64,000 bases of DNA from a virus (Duplodnaviria > Caudoviricetes). Positions 28,872-37,581 of this stretch are shown piece after piece. Within the stretch, counting starts at the first letter, position 1. Each line of letters starts with the position of its first letter. A model generated the notes under the pieces. That model worked only from the letters and a program-made list of their open reading frames with translations. It did no database searches and was not told where the DNA came from. The stretch spans positions 1 through 64,000 of IMG/VR virus record IMGVR_UViG_2773858002_000001; one strand, written 5' to 3'. A program made the position numbers and the translations under genes.

Positions 28872-29408
28872 TTAATTGCACTTGATGGCTAATTTTCCGA
28901 CCACCATACGCATGTCTTTCGTGATCCCCGGAAGGCGGTTCGATATAGCCAGCCCCATGGCCGCTAACCCATACGCATCGGCAGTGTTGTTGCTTATCGC
29001 GGTGTGCCCCCACCTCTTCAGGACGTACATCATGACCTGCTCCTTCGGGGAACCGCCTTTGCCGGTGACGAACTTCTTTAGCTCTGAGGCGCTGGGATCG
29101 TACCATTTAAAGCCATCCAACACGAGCATGAAGCGGAGAAGTCCGCCAAGCTCTACCAACGGTATGGTGCTGTTGGGGTTCTTGCCGAGGGAATACCCCT
29201 CCAGGACCAAACGATCCGGCTTGAACTCGTGGATCGCGGTCATGACCTTCTCGACAATGAACCGGGTGCGTTCAACACCCCTCATATCTCCAGTTTTGAT
29301 TTCGAACTCGGCCAACAGGTCAGGTGTCGCTGTACCGTTCTCACGTAGCACCACGATGCCGGTTGCTGTGGCAGACGGATCAATACCTATCGATGTCAGG
29401 GGCATCAT
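28872..29408 (-). CDS. ruvC: RuvC-like Holliday junction resolvase
   Basis: IGIDPS..TG, VLEG, LKKFVTGKG..K, ADAYGLA. Confidence 0.85.
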   Translation of the reverse strand: MMPLTSIGIDPSATATGIVVLRENGTATPDLLAEFEIKTGDMRGVERTRFIVEKVMTAIHEFKPDRLVLEGYSLGKNPNSTIPLVELGGLLRFMLVLDGFKWYDPSASELKKFVTGKGGSPKEQVMMYVLKRWGHTAISNNTADAYGLAAMGLAISNRLPGITKDMRMVVGKLAIKCN

Positions 29409-29638
29409 CTCCGCACCCCTCTCTGGGACAACTTCCAGAAATCCGACAAGCCATCGAGTTGCGCGTCAACAATCGCATGTGCTCTGACGCGCTGGCTCTC
29501 CTGCTCCTTGGGATCATCACAGATCACCGCTGCCAAGAACTCGTTCAGTGCAGCTTCGAGCAGGAGCTTGCAAGACGCGAGACGGTTCTGAACCGCCACA
29601 GCCTTCTCTTGATCACTTTCCATTGTTTTTCCAATCAT
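29405..29638 (-). CDS. Hypothetical protein
   Basis: Coupled ORF. Confidence 0.5.
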   Translation of the reverse strand: MIGKTMESDQEKAVAVQNRLASCKLLLEAALNEFLAAVICDDPKEQESQRVRAHAIVDAQLDGLSDFWKLSQRGVRR

Positions 29639-30530
29639 ACTCGGGCGGGAACTCTCCGCTGAAGCACGCTTTCTTGAACTCGCAACCCGCCGCCCGCTTG
29701 GACATTGAGGACGAACAGATGCCGCACGGCATACCGACCTTGCCGTCCCGGAAGTCTTTCACAACCTTGGCTCTGAACGCCGGCTCCTTGGTGGCTTTGT
29801 CGTCGCGCTCTACAAAGAACTCCTTGAACGGACTGAAGTTGTCGGAGAGCCCCCACTTCTTGACCTCCGGATCGGCGCACCCGTAACCCCCTTTGGTTGT
29901 GTAGAGTATCGCCGCCTCCGACGTATCGATCTGACTAGCCCACGGACTGTCGCTTTCAGCGATGATCCGCAGATAGAGGTTCGTCCTCCACTTGTGTTCC
30001 GCAAGAGGGGCTTTCAGAGACTTGAACTCGTCCTTGTCCATGGTCTTGATCTCATGGGGCACGAGCTTCGGCCCACCTAGAGCCAGCAGCATATCCACGC
30101 CGCACGACGCGCCTGTCTTCGCGCTCTTGAAGCGTACTTCCTTCGGCTCAAGCGTCCGTGTGCCACACGTCTCGCACTTCTCGGGCCGTAAGCAAAACTG
30201 ATGCACGCTGCCGCAGGCTACGCACTTCCAGTGACACACGGCCCGACCCATCTCCGCGAACCAAAGCACGATGTTCCGTTCCTGGTCACGCCCGATCTGG
30301 AATGTCATCCGTTCTGATGCGGACAGCCAGCGATCCTTCGGCTTAACGTTCGTGACATCATGCAGAGCGTACGCACGGGGGCACATACCTTCCGGCTTCG
30401 TCAGGTCCGACGCGTGCACGGTCGCCATGGGTCGCGCCTTGTCAAAATTCGACAGGTGCTGATGGAGAAAGAACTTTGCTGTCCTCTTCGGCTGGAAGTC
30501 CTTGGCCTTCTTCAGGAACGTGATCGCCAA
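29613..30530 (-). CDS. Cas4-like PD-(D/E)xK exonuclease
   Basis: HASDL...CPR, D...EIKT, C-terminal C..C...C..C cluster; probable TTG start. Confidence 0.7.
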   Translation of the reverse strand: MAITFLKKAKDFQPKRTAKFFLHQHLSNFDKARPMATVHASDLTKPEGMCPRAYALHDVTNVKPKDRWLSASERMTFQIGRDQERNIVLWFAEMGRAVCHWKCVACGSVHQFCLRPEKCETCGTRTLEPKEVRFKSAKTGASCGVDMLLALGGPKLVPHEIKTMDKDEFKSLKAPLAEHKWRTNLYLRIIAESDSPWASQIDTSEAAILYTTKGGYGCADPEVKKWGLSDNFSPFKEFFVERDDKATKEPAFRAKVVKDFRDGKVGMPCGICSSSMSKRAAGCEFKKACFSGEFPPEYDWKNNGK

Positions 30531-30531
30531 C

Positions 30532-30876
30532 TCACCACCCCTTACTCTCAAAGAACCACTCGTTCAGGCTGGCCAGAGTCTGCTTGCCGGTGTCCGGCAT
30601 GATCTGGATCGTCATCGACAGATCAAACTCCAGTCCGTCATAGCTGTAGCTCGCGGACTGGTTGACTTCCTTGATCATGATGCCCTGAGCCGTCAGAGCG
30701 TCGAGTGCCAATTTCACGGGTATGTCCTTCGGTTCCGGCAACGGCACTGCTACGGGCTGCAGTGCAGAAAGGTCGCTGGCGGTCTCCCAATAGAGTTTGG
30801 CTGCCTCCGCACTGACCAGTTCGTACGGAAGCACCTCTTTGACCGGCAGTGCCTTCGCCTTCTCGATCCATTTCAT
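30532..30876 (-). CDS. Hypothetical protein
   Basis: Coupled ORF. Confidence 0.55.
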   Translation of the reverse strand: MKWIEKAKALPVKEVLPYELVSAEAAKLYWETASDLSALQPVAVPLPEPKDIPVKLALDALTAQGIMIKEVNQSASYSYDGLEFDLSMTIQIMPDTGKQTLASLNEWFFESKGW

Positions 30877-31226
30877 TTCAGGTGCCCTTCCCAGACATGG
30901 CGAGGCACAGCCACCCAATCCCCGTCGAGGATCGCCCGTCCATCAGGTGTGACAAAGGAGATTGCCAGCGCGGGTGTCTTGCCTTCGGATCGTGCCTCAT
31001 GAGCGATCTTCAGGAGCCAGTCTCTCTTGAGGCCGATAGACAGACCCGTGGTGCTCTTTGCCTCCATGAGCACGGAACCGAGGTCGATGTCTCCTTTCGC
31101 ACCCTCCACCGCTCCGGAGGCTGGTCGGTTCCGCCCACCAAGCTGTCGGGCAAGGCGCTGCTCTGAGGCCCTGCCAGACTTGCCGATGGCGTGCTTCTGC
31201 TTCCGCTTCAGGTAGGGGTTATCCAT
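30873..31226 (-). CDS. PD-(D/E)xK nuclease (archaeal-type HJ resolvase-like)
   Basis: G..SE..LA...SGA...GD......EAK. Confidence 0.75.
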   Translation of the reverse strand: MDNPYLKRKQKHAIGKSGRASEQRLARQLGGRNRPASGAVEGAKGDIDLGSVLMEAKSTTGLSIGLKRDWLLKIAHEARSEGKTPALAISFVTPDGRAILDGDWVAVPRHVWEGHLK

Positions 31227-32301
31227 CGGACTCCCCTTCCTCCATGAGTTCGCCACCTGACATCATCACCTTGATGACGTGGCTACGAACCTTGTTGGCG
31301 TATTCAGGCTGGGTGTGGAACCTTTCCTTCCATTCCTTCTGGGTGGCATAGGTCTCACCAAAAATCTCCCATCCCTTCTTCTCGGCGGGAGCCAGCTCTC
31401 CGAAGCTTTCGAGGTAGCCTTTGATGGTATTCACGTCGTCACATTGGCCGATCTCCAGGCCGGCATGCGGCTGTGTGACCATCTCGAACTTTCCGGACGC
31501 CGCTAGGATCGGAACCTTGAACTTCTTGACAACGAAGTTCACCTCCTTCCGTACGGGCATCACCTTCGAAACCTTGTTGTCGATGATGTTGTTGCCGTAG
31601 ACCCGCAACACGACCGCCGACTGGAACCAGGGTTTCTTGCCAGCGGGTGTCGTCTCGGGGTTTCCGAACATCACACCGATCTTGTAGGTGATCTGGTTGA
31701 TGTAGAAGAGCGTGGGGTAGTGCCCGCGCTTCTCCGCTTCCACAAAGGCAGCTATTGTCTTGCGGTAGAGCTTGCCCGCGATACGTCCTGCCGCACCGGG
31801 GTTCTCTCCCTCCGAACTCTTCTCAAGTTCCGCGGTGCCCACGAGGGCGGCGAGGCTGTCGAGCACAACCAGGCCAACGTCGTCGGCCAGTAGCATCGCC
31901 TCGACCATATCGACGGCCTGCTCGGCATAGGCTGGCTTCAAGACGATCAGTTTGTCTGTATCCACGCCGAGGCTCCGCGCCCACGGGGCGTTGTACTCGT
32001 TCTCTAGATCGACAAACACGCAGGTGAGCTCTGGCCAAAGCTTCTGGTGTTGTGCGATGGCCAGCAGCGCGATGTTGGTCTTGTTTGAGCTTTCCGGACC
32101 GAAGATCATAGAGACCTTCCCGCGCGGAAATCCACCGGCCAACGCAAGATCGAGCTCGAACATTCCGGTCGGAATGCGGTCCGTGTTGACCCACTGGTTG
32201 CCATACGAGCCGGCACCGTCGCCCATGTCCTTCTGGAACTGCTTGAGCAGCGATGCGGCGCTTACGGACGCCTTCTGAACCTTTTTGATTGTGACGGCCA
32301 T
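31219..32301 (-). CDS. recA: Phage RecA-like recombinase
   Basis: IPTG...LDLAL.GGFPRG, GPESSNKT, VVLDSLAAL, INQI..KIGVMFGNPETTP.G. Confidence 0.92.
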   Translation of the reverse strand: MAVTIKKVQKASVSAASLLKQFQKDMGDGAGSYGNQWVNTDRIPTGMFELDLALAGGFPRGKVSMIFGPESSNKTNIALLAIAQHQKLWPELTCVFVDLENEYNAPWARSLGVDTDKLIVLKPAYAEQAVDMVEAMLLADDVGLVVLDSLAALVGTAELEKSSEGENPGAAGRIAGKLYRKTIAAFVEAEKRGHYPTLFYINQITYKIGVMFGNPETTPAGKKPWFQSAVVLRVYGNNIIDNKVSKVMPVRKEVNFVVKKFKVPILAASGKFEMVTQPHAGLEIGQCDDVNTIKGYLESFGELAPAEKKGWEIFGETYATQKEWKERFHTQPEYANKVRSHVIKVMMSGGELMEEGESDG

Positions 32302-32304
32302 CGG

Positions 32305-32556
32305 CTACTCCTGCCTCACCCAAGTGATCGTCTCGGTCTCACCGTCGTAGAGTACGTCGTACTCCGGCAGCAGGTCGCCCTCGGGAACATCATCGAAGTG
32401 CTCGCAAAGCGCCTCGTACTCGATGCTGTTGGATGACAGTCGCGCTTCCGCACGAAGGATGATCGTCTGGCCCATGATCGCGCAGACGACTTCAGGCGCG
32501 TCATTGATGGCTTCGACCGTGATCGTGAATTTCCCGAGACGTCGGTCATTCAGCAT
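32305..32556 (-). CDS. Hypothetical protein
   Basis: AGGAG RBS after palindrome 32569. Confidence 0.6.
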   Translation of the reverse strand: MLNDRRLGKFTITVEAINDAPEVVCAIMGQTIILRAEARLSSNSIEYEALCEHFDDVPEGDLLPEYDVLYDGETETITWVRQE

Positions 32557-32596
32557 TTCTCGCTCCTGTGCAATTAATTGCAATGCCGACTTGCGG

Positions 32597-32929
32597 TTAT
32601 TCGCTTTCGAGTTCTGCGACCATTCCCTGAAGCTTCTGGTCGGTCCATTCCTTGGCGAACTCGAACACGTCGTCCACCTCACCGTGCAGGCATGGAACCT
32701 TGAGGCTCACCTGAAGGCGTGCCGACTGATAATTGCCAAGGTTGTGCGTGTAGGACATCTCAGTCCCGACCTCACACCACGGGCCGACAGAGCCTTCGGT
32801 AGAAGCGGCGACCGAGGCCGGAACCTCAACGATTTCCTCATTGGCGTCTTCGGAGATGATCTCTCCCTTGTTCTTGGTCTGCTCACTGGTCGTGGCAGTT
32901 GCGGTTTTCTTCGTAATCTTCAATGCCAT
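32597..32929 (-). CDS. Hypothetical phage protein (HNLGNYQS motif)
   Basis: AAGGAGG RBS; NLGNYxS motif common in phage proteins. Confidence 0.65.
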   Translation of the reverse strand: MALKITKKTATATTSEQTKNKGEIISEDANEEIVEVPASVAASTEGSVGPWCEVGTEMSYTHNLGNYQSARLQVSLKVPCLHGEVDDVFEFAKEWTDQKLQGMVAELESE

Positions 32930-32947
32930 GATCGCCTCCTTGCGCGT

Positions 32948-34312
32948 TTACAGCATGTCTTTCACTTCGGCTCCAATTGAGCCGTACCACTTGGCCCTAG
33001 ATGTACTGTAGGCCAGGAACACAGGGCTGTCGGGATCAATAACGTCCATGACAACCGGCTGCTTCTTGTCGGGGTATTCTCGGCGGATGCGCCCAACAGG
33101 CTGCTCGACCTTGGCGCGGGGCATCGCGAGCAAGCACGTATCGAGCCAGTCGATGCTCGTGCCCTCACCCATCATCGCATAGGTCGTGAATATGATAGGC
33201 TTCACCTTCTCCCTCTCGCGGTGCTCTTTTTCGGCCTTTGTGGTGGCTCCTAGATAGAACCCCATGTCCCTGCCACTAATCTTGAAATCCTTGGAGCACG
33301 CGCGGTGTATCGATCTCAGATGATCGTGCAGCGTCGAGAAAACGACCACCTTGCGACCTTTCTCAAAGGCGCTGTGCGTCAGCTCGGCAAGCAGATAATT
33401 CCGCTCCGGGTCTGCAGCGATGATCTTCTCCATATGCGTCGTCTTGCCCGGTTGGTGGGGTACTCGAACAACGTCTTTCTGCCCCGTCTCGGGATCTTCA
33501 ACGATCTTCCTCGGGCAGTTCCAGTTTGACGTAAACCGCAGCACCTTGGGAACCATAAGCTGGGCTTCGGTTCGCGCCCGGATGGGGCCGATGTGGGCGA
33601 ATACCAACTGCTCCTTGCCGTCTGACCTGTTTACCGTGGCTGAGAGGCCCAGGCGCAACTTCGCAGGGAACATGTCCACGACAGTCTGAAACTGATCCGC
33701 AGGAACCCTGTGGCATTCGTCAAAGATCACCAAACCGAAATCCTCAGTGATCCAATCCGGGTACTTCCCGTCCTTTGAGAGCGAGTGGATCATGGCGACG
33801 ACGAACTTGGTGCCGATGACCTCACATTTGTCACCCCTAATCTCACCGACTTCGTGAGGCTCAAGTCCGAGGAACTTCTGTGCACCGTCAAGCCATTGTT
33901 TGTAGATGTCGTCTTTCGTTGTGATGACGATGGTCTTCCGCTGCACCACGTAAGCGGCATGGTAGCCGAGTACGGTCTTGCCCCAGCCCGTGTAGGCCGA
34001 TACGACACCACTCTCCCCCGCGAGCAAAAAATCCGCCGTCGCCTTGAACAGATCAACTTGGTGTGGCCTGGGCGTCGGGTCTTTTGGGAACTCGACAAAC
34101 GCACCATCAGAGCGATTGTCGTTATCGCTTATCGGACAAAGAGCGCGTGGCAGATGGACGACATTCCCGTCACGCCGGCAGAGCGAGACTTCATCGCCAA
34201 ATCGAGAAGTGAACTTGTAGCGCTCTTCGAAGAACGGCTTGTAGGCGTAGACAGCAGTTGCCCCCGTGGACAGGGGCTTGTCCTTGCGCCTCAACTCCGA
34301 AAGCAACGCCAT
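32948..34312 (-). CDS. Superfamily II DNA helicase
   Basis: PRPHQ, TGWGKT, DECH, GLSAT, QPVGRIRR. Confidence 0.92.
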   Translation of the reverse strand: MALLSELRRKDKPLSTGATAVYAYKPFFEERYKFTSRFGDEVSLCRRDGNVVHLPRALCPISDNDNRSDGAFVEFPKDPTPRPHQVDLFKATADFLLAGESGVVSAYTGWGKTVLGYHAAYVVQRKTIVITTKDDIYKQWLDGAQKFLGLEPHEVGEIRGDKCEVIGTKFVVAMIHSLSKDGKYPDWITEDFGLVIFDECHRVPADQFQTVVDMFPAKLRLGLSATVNRSDGKEQLVFAHIGPIRARTEAQLMVPKVLRFTSNWNCPRKIVEDPETGQKDVVRVPHQPGKTTHMEKIIAADPERNYLLAELTHSAFEKGRKVVVFSTLHDHLRSIHRACSKDFKISGRDMGFYLGATTKAEKEHREREKVKPIIFTTYAMMGEGTSIDWLDTCLLAMPRAKVEQPVGRIRREYPDKKQPVVMDVIDPDSPVFLAYSTSRAKWYGSIGAEVKDML

Positions 34313-34440
34313 GACTCTCTCCGATCTGAAAGGGGCGTGAGGGGCAGCCACTTGGGCGGGGGGTTGGGACGCGGCCACCCCTCACTATTCCTGCAAGCGG
34401 GGGGCTGATTGCAGGAAATGCAATTAATTGCACGAAACGC

Positions 34441-35280
34441 TTACAGTTCGTCCGACAGGTTCGCCTTGGAGCCCTGATTGTTGCCGTTGTAGCCGATACC
34501 GGTCTGAGCCTTGCCAACCCCGAGGTCGATCAGCTCCTGCGGCGAGAGGTATCGAATTTCCTCTTCATAGTTTGCAGGCATCACGTCCTCTTCCTTCTCC
34601 AGGCCGAACTTGTCCATGATCTCCTGCCGGGTCGAGAATTTGTGCTGGAAGTCAAACTGGCTGCCGACGCCCGCCGAGTTTTCCCCGGTCCGATAGACAT
34701 CAAAGGTGCAACCCACGAGACCGCCGCGCTTTTTCGCAAGCGTGGTCAGCTGAGTGATCGTCTGCCGCTTGGCGACGAAGAGCTTCCGCGTGTTGCTGAT
34801 CGTCTTGCCCTTGTTGGGGCCGTTCTTGATGGTGTGTTCCGTGTGATCAATAATCGTCATCACACCCACGAGGGATGCGCGATCACCCTTCTCACAGATG
34901 GGGCAAGGTTGCGTCTGATCGGACTCCGCCGTGCAGACAAAGGTCTCCCAATTGCCATTAATTCGAATGCGGTGCTCGTAGTACATGAGAATGTCGAGCA
35001 TTCCGTCATCGTCCATCTTCCCGTCGAGGAAAGTGATCTGGCGTTCTTCGCCCTCCGGCATCCAGAAACGCCACAGCTTGCCGGCTTCCTGCTTGCGCAT
35101 CTCAGCCTGCGCTTCCTCAGTGGCGAGAGCTTCCTTGGCGGCCTGACCCTTCTTCATCCAGCCCATGCCGGACGATCCAGATGACTTCGAAGTGGTTTTC
35201 GGTTTGGAGGTCTCTGTGTTCTCGTTGTCAGAACTCTGGGTCGATGAGGCGACCACCTTCTTCGCGAATTTCAAAGCCAT
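34441..35280 (-). CDS. Single-stranded DNA-binding protein (gp32-like)
   Basis: RFWM, EH, C....PCPIC Zn site, DVYRTG, acidic tail; replication context. Confidence 0.65.
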   Translation of the reverse strand: MALKFAKKVVASSTQSSDNENTETSKPKTTSKSSGSSGMGWMKKGQAAKEALATEEAQAEMRKQEAGKLWRFWMPEGEERQITFLDGKMDDDGMLDILMYYEHRIRINGNWETFVCTAESDQTQPCPICEKGDRASLVGVMTIIDHTEHTIKNGPNKGKTISNTRKLFVAKRQTITQLTTLAKKRGGLVGCTFDVYRTGENSAGVGSQFDFQHKFSTRQEIMDKFGLEKEEDVMPANYEEEIRYLSPQELIDLGVGKAQTGIGYNGNNQGSKANLSDEL

Positions 35281-35337
35281 AGCAGCGGGTTCCTTCGGTT
35301 TCCAAGTTTTCCCATCAGACCTCTCGGGTCTGATTTA

Positions 35338-35387
35338 AGGATAGACGAAAGGCATAGCCGGTCAACAAAAAAGTGCAATTAATTTCA
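35338..35387 (-). promoter_or_regulatory. Promoter GTTGAC-N17-TATCCT with palindrome 7 bp upstream
   Basis: -35 35361-35366, -10 35338-35343. Confidence 0.65.
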
Positions 35388-35399
35388 CGTTTTCGAGCT

Positions 35400-36386
35400 T
35401 CATATTTCTGGGTCCAGGTTCACGTAGGGAGCCAGCAATCCTCGGATTTCATCAACCGAACAAACGCCTGGGTCTTTTCTCCCCTCCGGTGGCTCCAGAT
35501 GCCTTACAACGTGGTCCTTGTGGAGTATCTTCTTGATCTTCGCCCGACCAGCATCGCCGCCCTTCCCTCGGTCGAGAAACGTAATCCACTCCAGGGCGTC
35601 CGACATGCGGATAAGCTTCTCAGTAGACGGGTTTGCGAAGAGCGGGCTCGTGACGTTGCGGTAGACCCTGAAGACACTAGCGACATCCATTGGCCCTTCT
35701 ACGACGACGATGGGCTTCTCGAAATCGATCCAACTCTCGCCCAGCCAGACAATTGGGTTGTTCCTCCCCGCCTGCAGGTACATTCGGTATCTCGGATCGA
35801 CACCATCCTTGATTGCGCGCCCATGAAGTCCCTTCAGGCGTCCTTTGAAATCACGAACAGGAAAGCAGACGCGTTGCTGCTTCGTGTCCGCTCGAACGTC
35901 GAGGATTGTCGCCACCTCTTCTGAAACACCGCGCTGCTGAAGATAGTCCCGCGCAAATGGAACCTGCTGGAACGGGGGAAAGCTCTCCAGCCACCACGCC
36001 GGAAATTCGTGTTGCTGGGTCTTCGACCCAAACAACATTTCTTCCACGTCGGGGCTATCGAGGTTCATGAACTCGTCAGCATCGGCGTCGTCAATGAGCG
36101 TCATAGCGTCCCCCCATTTGACGCTCATCTTGTGCTCGGTCTTGTTGCGTTGTCGCATTTCAAGGACAAGAGCGCTGAGTTTCCCGTGGAAACCGCAGGC
36201 GAAGCAGTTACAGAAGGCGTCACCCGCCTCTTTCTTGACCGCAAAGGCTGGGTTCTTGTCCTCGCCACCATCATGCGTCCACGGTGCGAGCGGGCAGGAA
36301 GCCACGAACCACCCTGCCCGCTGCTGCGCAATCGGCACCTTTGCGTTCAGCATCTTCAGGAGCTTTACAAGACGGTCTGCCTTCAC
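35400..36386 (-). CDS. DNA primase (Zn finger + TOPRIM)
   Basis: CP..H...CNCFACG; VVVEGPMD; FLD. Confidence 0.88.
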   Translation of the reverse strand: MKADRLVKLLKMLNAKVPIAQQRAGWFVASCPLAPWTHDGGEDKNPAFAVKKEAGDAFCNCFACGFHGKLSALVLEMRQRNKTEHKMSVKWGDAMTLIDDADADEFMNLDSPDVEEMLFGSKTQQHEFPAWWLESFPPFQQVPFARDYLQQRGVSEEVATILDVRADTKQQRVCFPVRDFKGRLKGLHGRAIKDGVDPRYRMYLQAGRNNPIVWLGESWIDFEKPIVVVEGPMDVASVFRVYRNVTSPLFANPSTEKLIRMSDALEWITFLDRGKGGDAGRAKIKKILHKDHVVRHLEPPEGRKDPGVCSVDEIRGLLAPYVNLDPEI

Positions 36387-37009
36387 AGAGGGCCGACCTC
36401 TTCTGGAGATATGGTTGGGGCTTTCAGCAGAACCGCCTTGTGTGCCTCCGCCATGGCTTGCGTGCACAAGGCATCGCACCGTTCGTTGAACTCATTGCCA
36501 CTGTGCCCCTTCACCCACTCAAACTTGACGTCATGCACCTGATATAGCTTGAGCAGTGGCTCCCATAGATCGCGATTGATGACGGTGCCCCCAGACGCGG
36601 TGCGCCAGCCGTTTCGCACCCAATTCCGGCTCCACACCGTGATCCCTTTCACGACGTACTCGCTGTCGCAGAATACCCGGATCGGAACGCCGATCTCAAC
36701 CGCCTCCAGTGCCTTGAGGACAGCGGTCATCTCCATCCGGTTGTTCGTCGTGTCGAACGCGTGGCCAACCTGCTCGTCATACTCGCCTGTCGGATGGTGG
36801 ACAGTAAACGCCCAAGCCCCCAGGCCACCCTTGTTCCGATCACAGCCGCCGTCAGTGTGGATCACGATCTCGGACGGGGCCTTCTGAACCGTGCTGGCAT
36901 GATGCACTTCAACCCCGTTCGCCTGAAGCAGTTCGAGGATGGAGTCTCGCACGTGCTCCCCCTCTTCTACCCCGTCAGCTTTGAACTGAAGCAGCAGCTG
37001 CAGGTTCAT
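36383..37009 (-). CDS. rnhA: Ribonuclease HI
   Basis: TDGGC, TTNNRMEM, DSEYV, WVKGHSG..NERCD. Confidence 0.95.
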   Translation of the reverse strand: MNLQLLLQFKADGVEEGEHVRDSILELLQANGVEVHHASTVQKAPSEIVIHTDGGCDRNKGGLGAWAFTVHHPTGEYDEQVGHAFDTTNNRMEMTAVLKALEAVEIGVPIRVFCDSEYVVKGITVWSRNWVRNGWRTASGGTVINRDLWEPLLKLYQVHDVKFEWVKGHSGNEFNERCDALCTQAMAEAHKAVLLKAPTISPEEVGPL

Positions 37010-37494
37010 TTGTCTGCCCTGCGGATCACCTTGATGGATCGGGAAGACGGCTCGATCTCCAGCACCTCTTCGAGCTGTGGTGGGGTCAGATACTTATCGA
37101 GGTCGCCCAGCTTGAGTTGAGCCAGCTCCATGAAGAGCTTCGCTCCGAGAAACTTCTTGGCCTTCTCTTTGTCCTTGACCGACCGCGAAGTCCCTTTTGC
37201 GCCGGCTTCGAGTCGGAAGACATGCGCAAGCTGCTCGATGGGTGCGTCTTCGTCGGCCTCGATCTCATCCACCTTTGCCTGAAGCTCCTTCAACGCATCC
37301 TTGTAGGGCTTCAGCCGCTCGTTCTCCTTCTTGATGCGCTCAATGACGGGTGCAGCCTCTTCCTGAAGTGTACCCACACGGTCGATCAGTTCGATGATCT
37401 CCGCCATCTCGGGAGAGAACGCTTCGATCTCGCCCAGCTCAGGGGACATTGGCGGCGTATCGACCTTCTTTTTCTTGGTCAGAACAATTGCCAT
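37006..37494 (-). CDS. Coiled-coil hypothetical protein
   Basis: First gene after promoter 37529-37557. Confidence 0.65.
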   Translation of the reverse strand: MAIVLTKKKKVDTPPMSPELGEIEAFSPEMAEIIELIDRVGTLQEEAAPVIERIKKENERLKPYKDALKELQAKVDEIEADEDAPIEQLAHVFRLEAGAKGTSRSVKDKEKAKKFLGAKLFMELAQLKLGDLDKYLTPPQLEEVLEIEPSSRSIKVIRRADK

Positions 37495-37528
37495 TTTCAG
37501 CAACCCTCCATGGTTTCCTGTTGATCTA

Positions 37529-37578
37529 ATCCTACCGGTATGGCGTGGCCGGACAAGGATTTTGTGAAATTAATTGCA
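37529..37578 (-). promoter_or_regulatory. Promoter CTTGTC-N17-TAGGAT with palindrome 7 bp upstream
   Basis: -35 37552-37557, -10 37529-37534. Confidence 0.65.
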
Positions 37579-37581
37579 CGG

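Noticed and set aside
29613-30530. Cas4-like gene as evidence of CRISPR-Cas
   Set aside because: Solo Cas4-like nucleases are common in phage replication modules; no cas1/cas2 or array.
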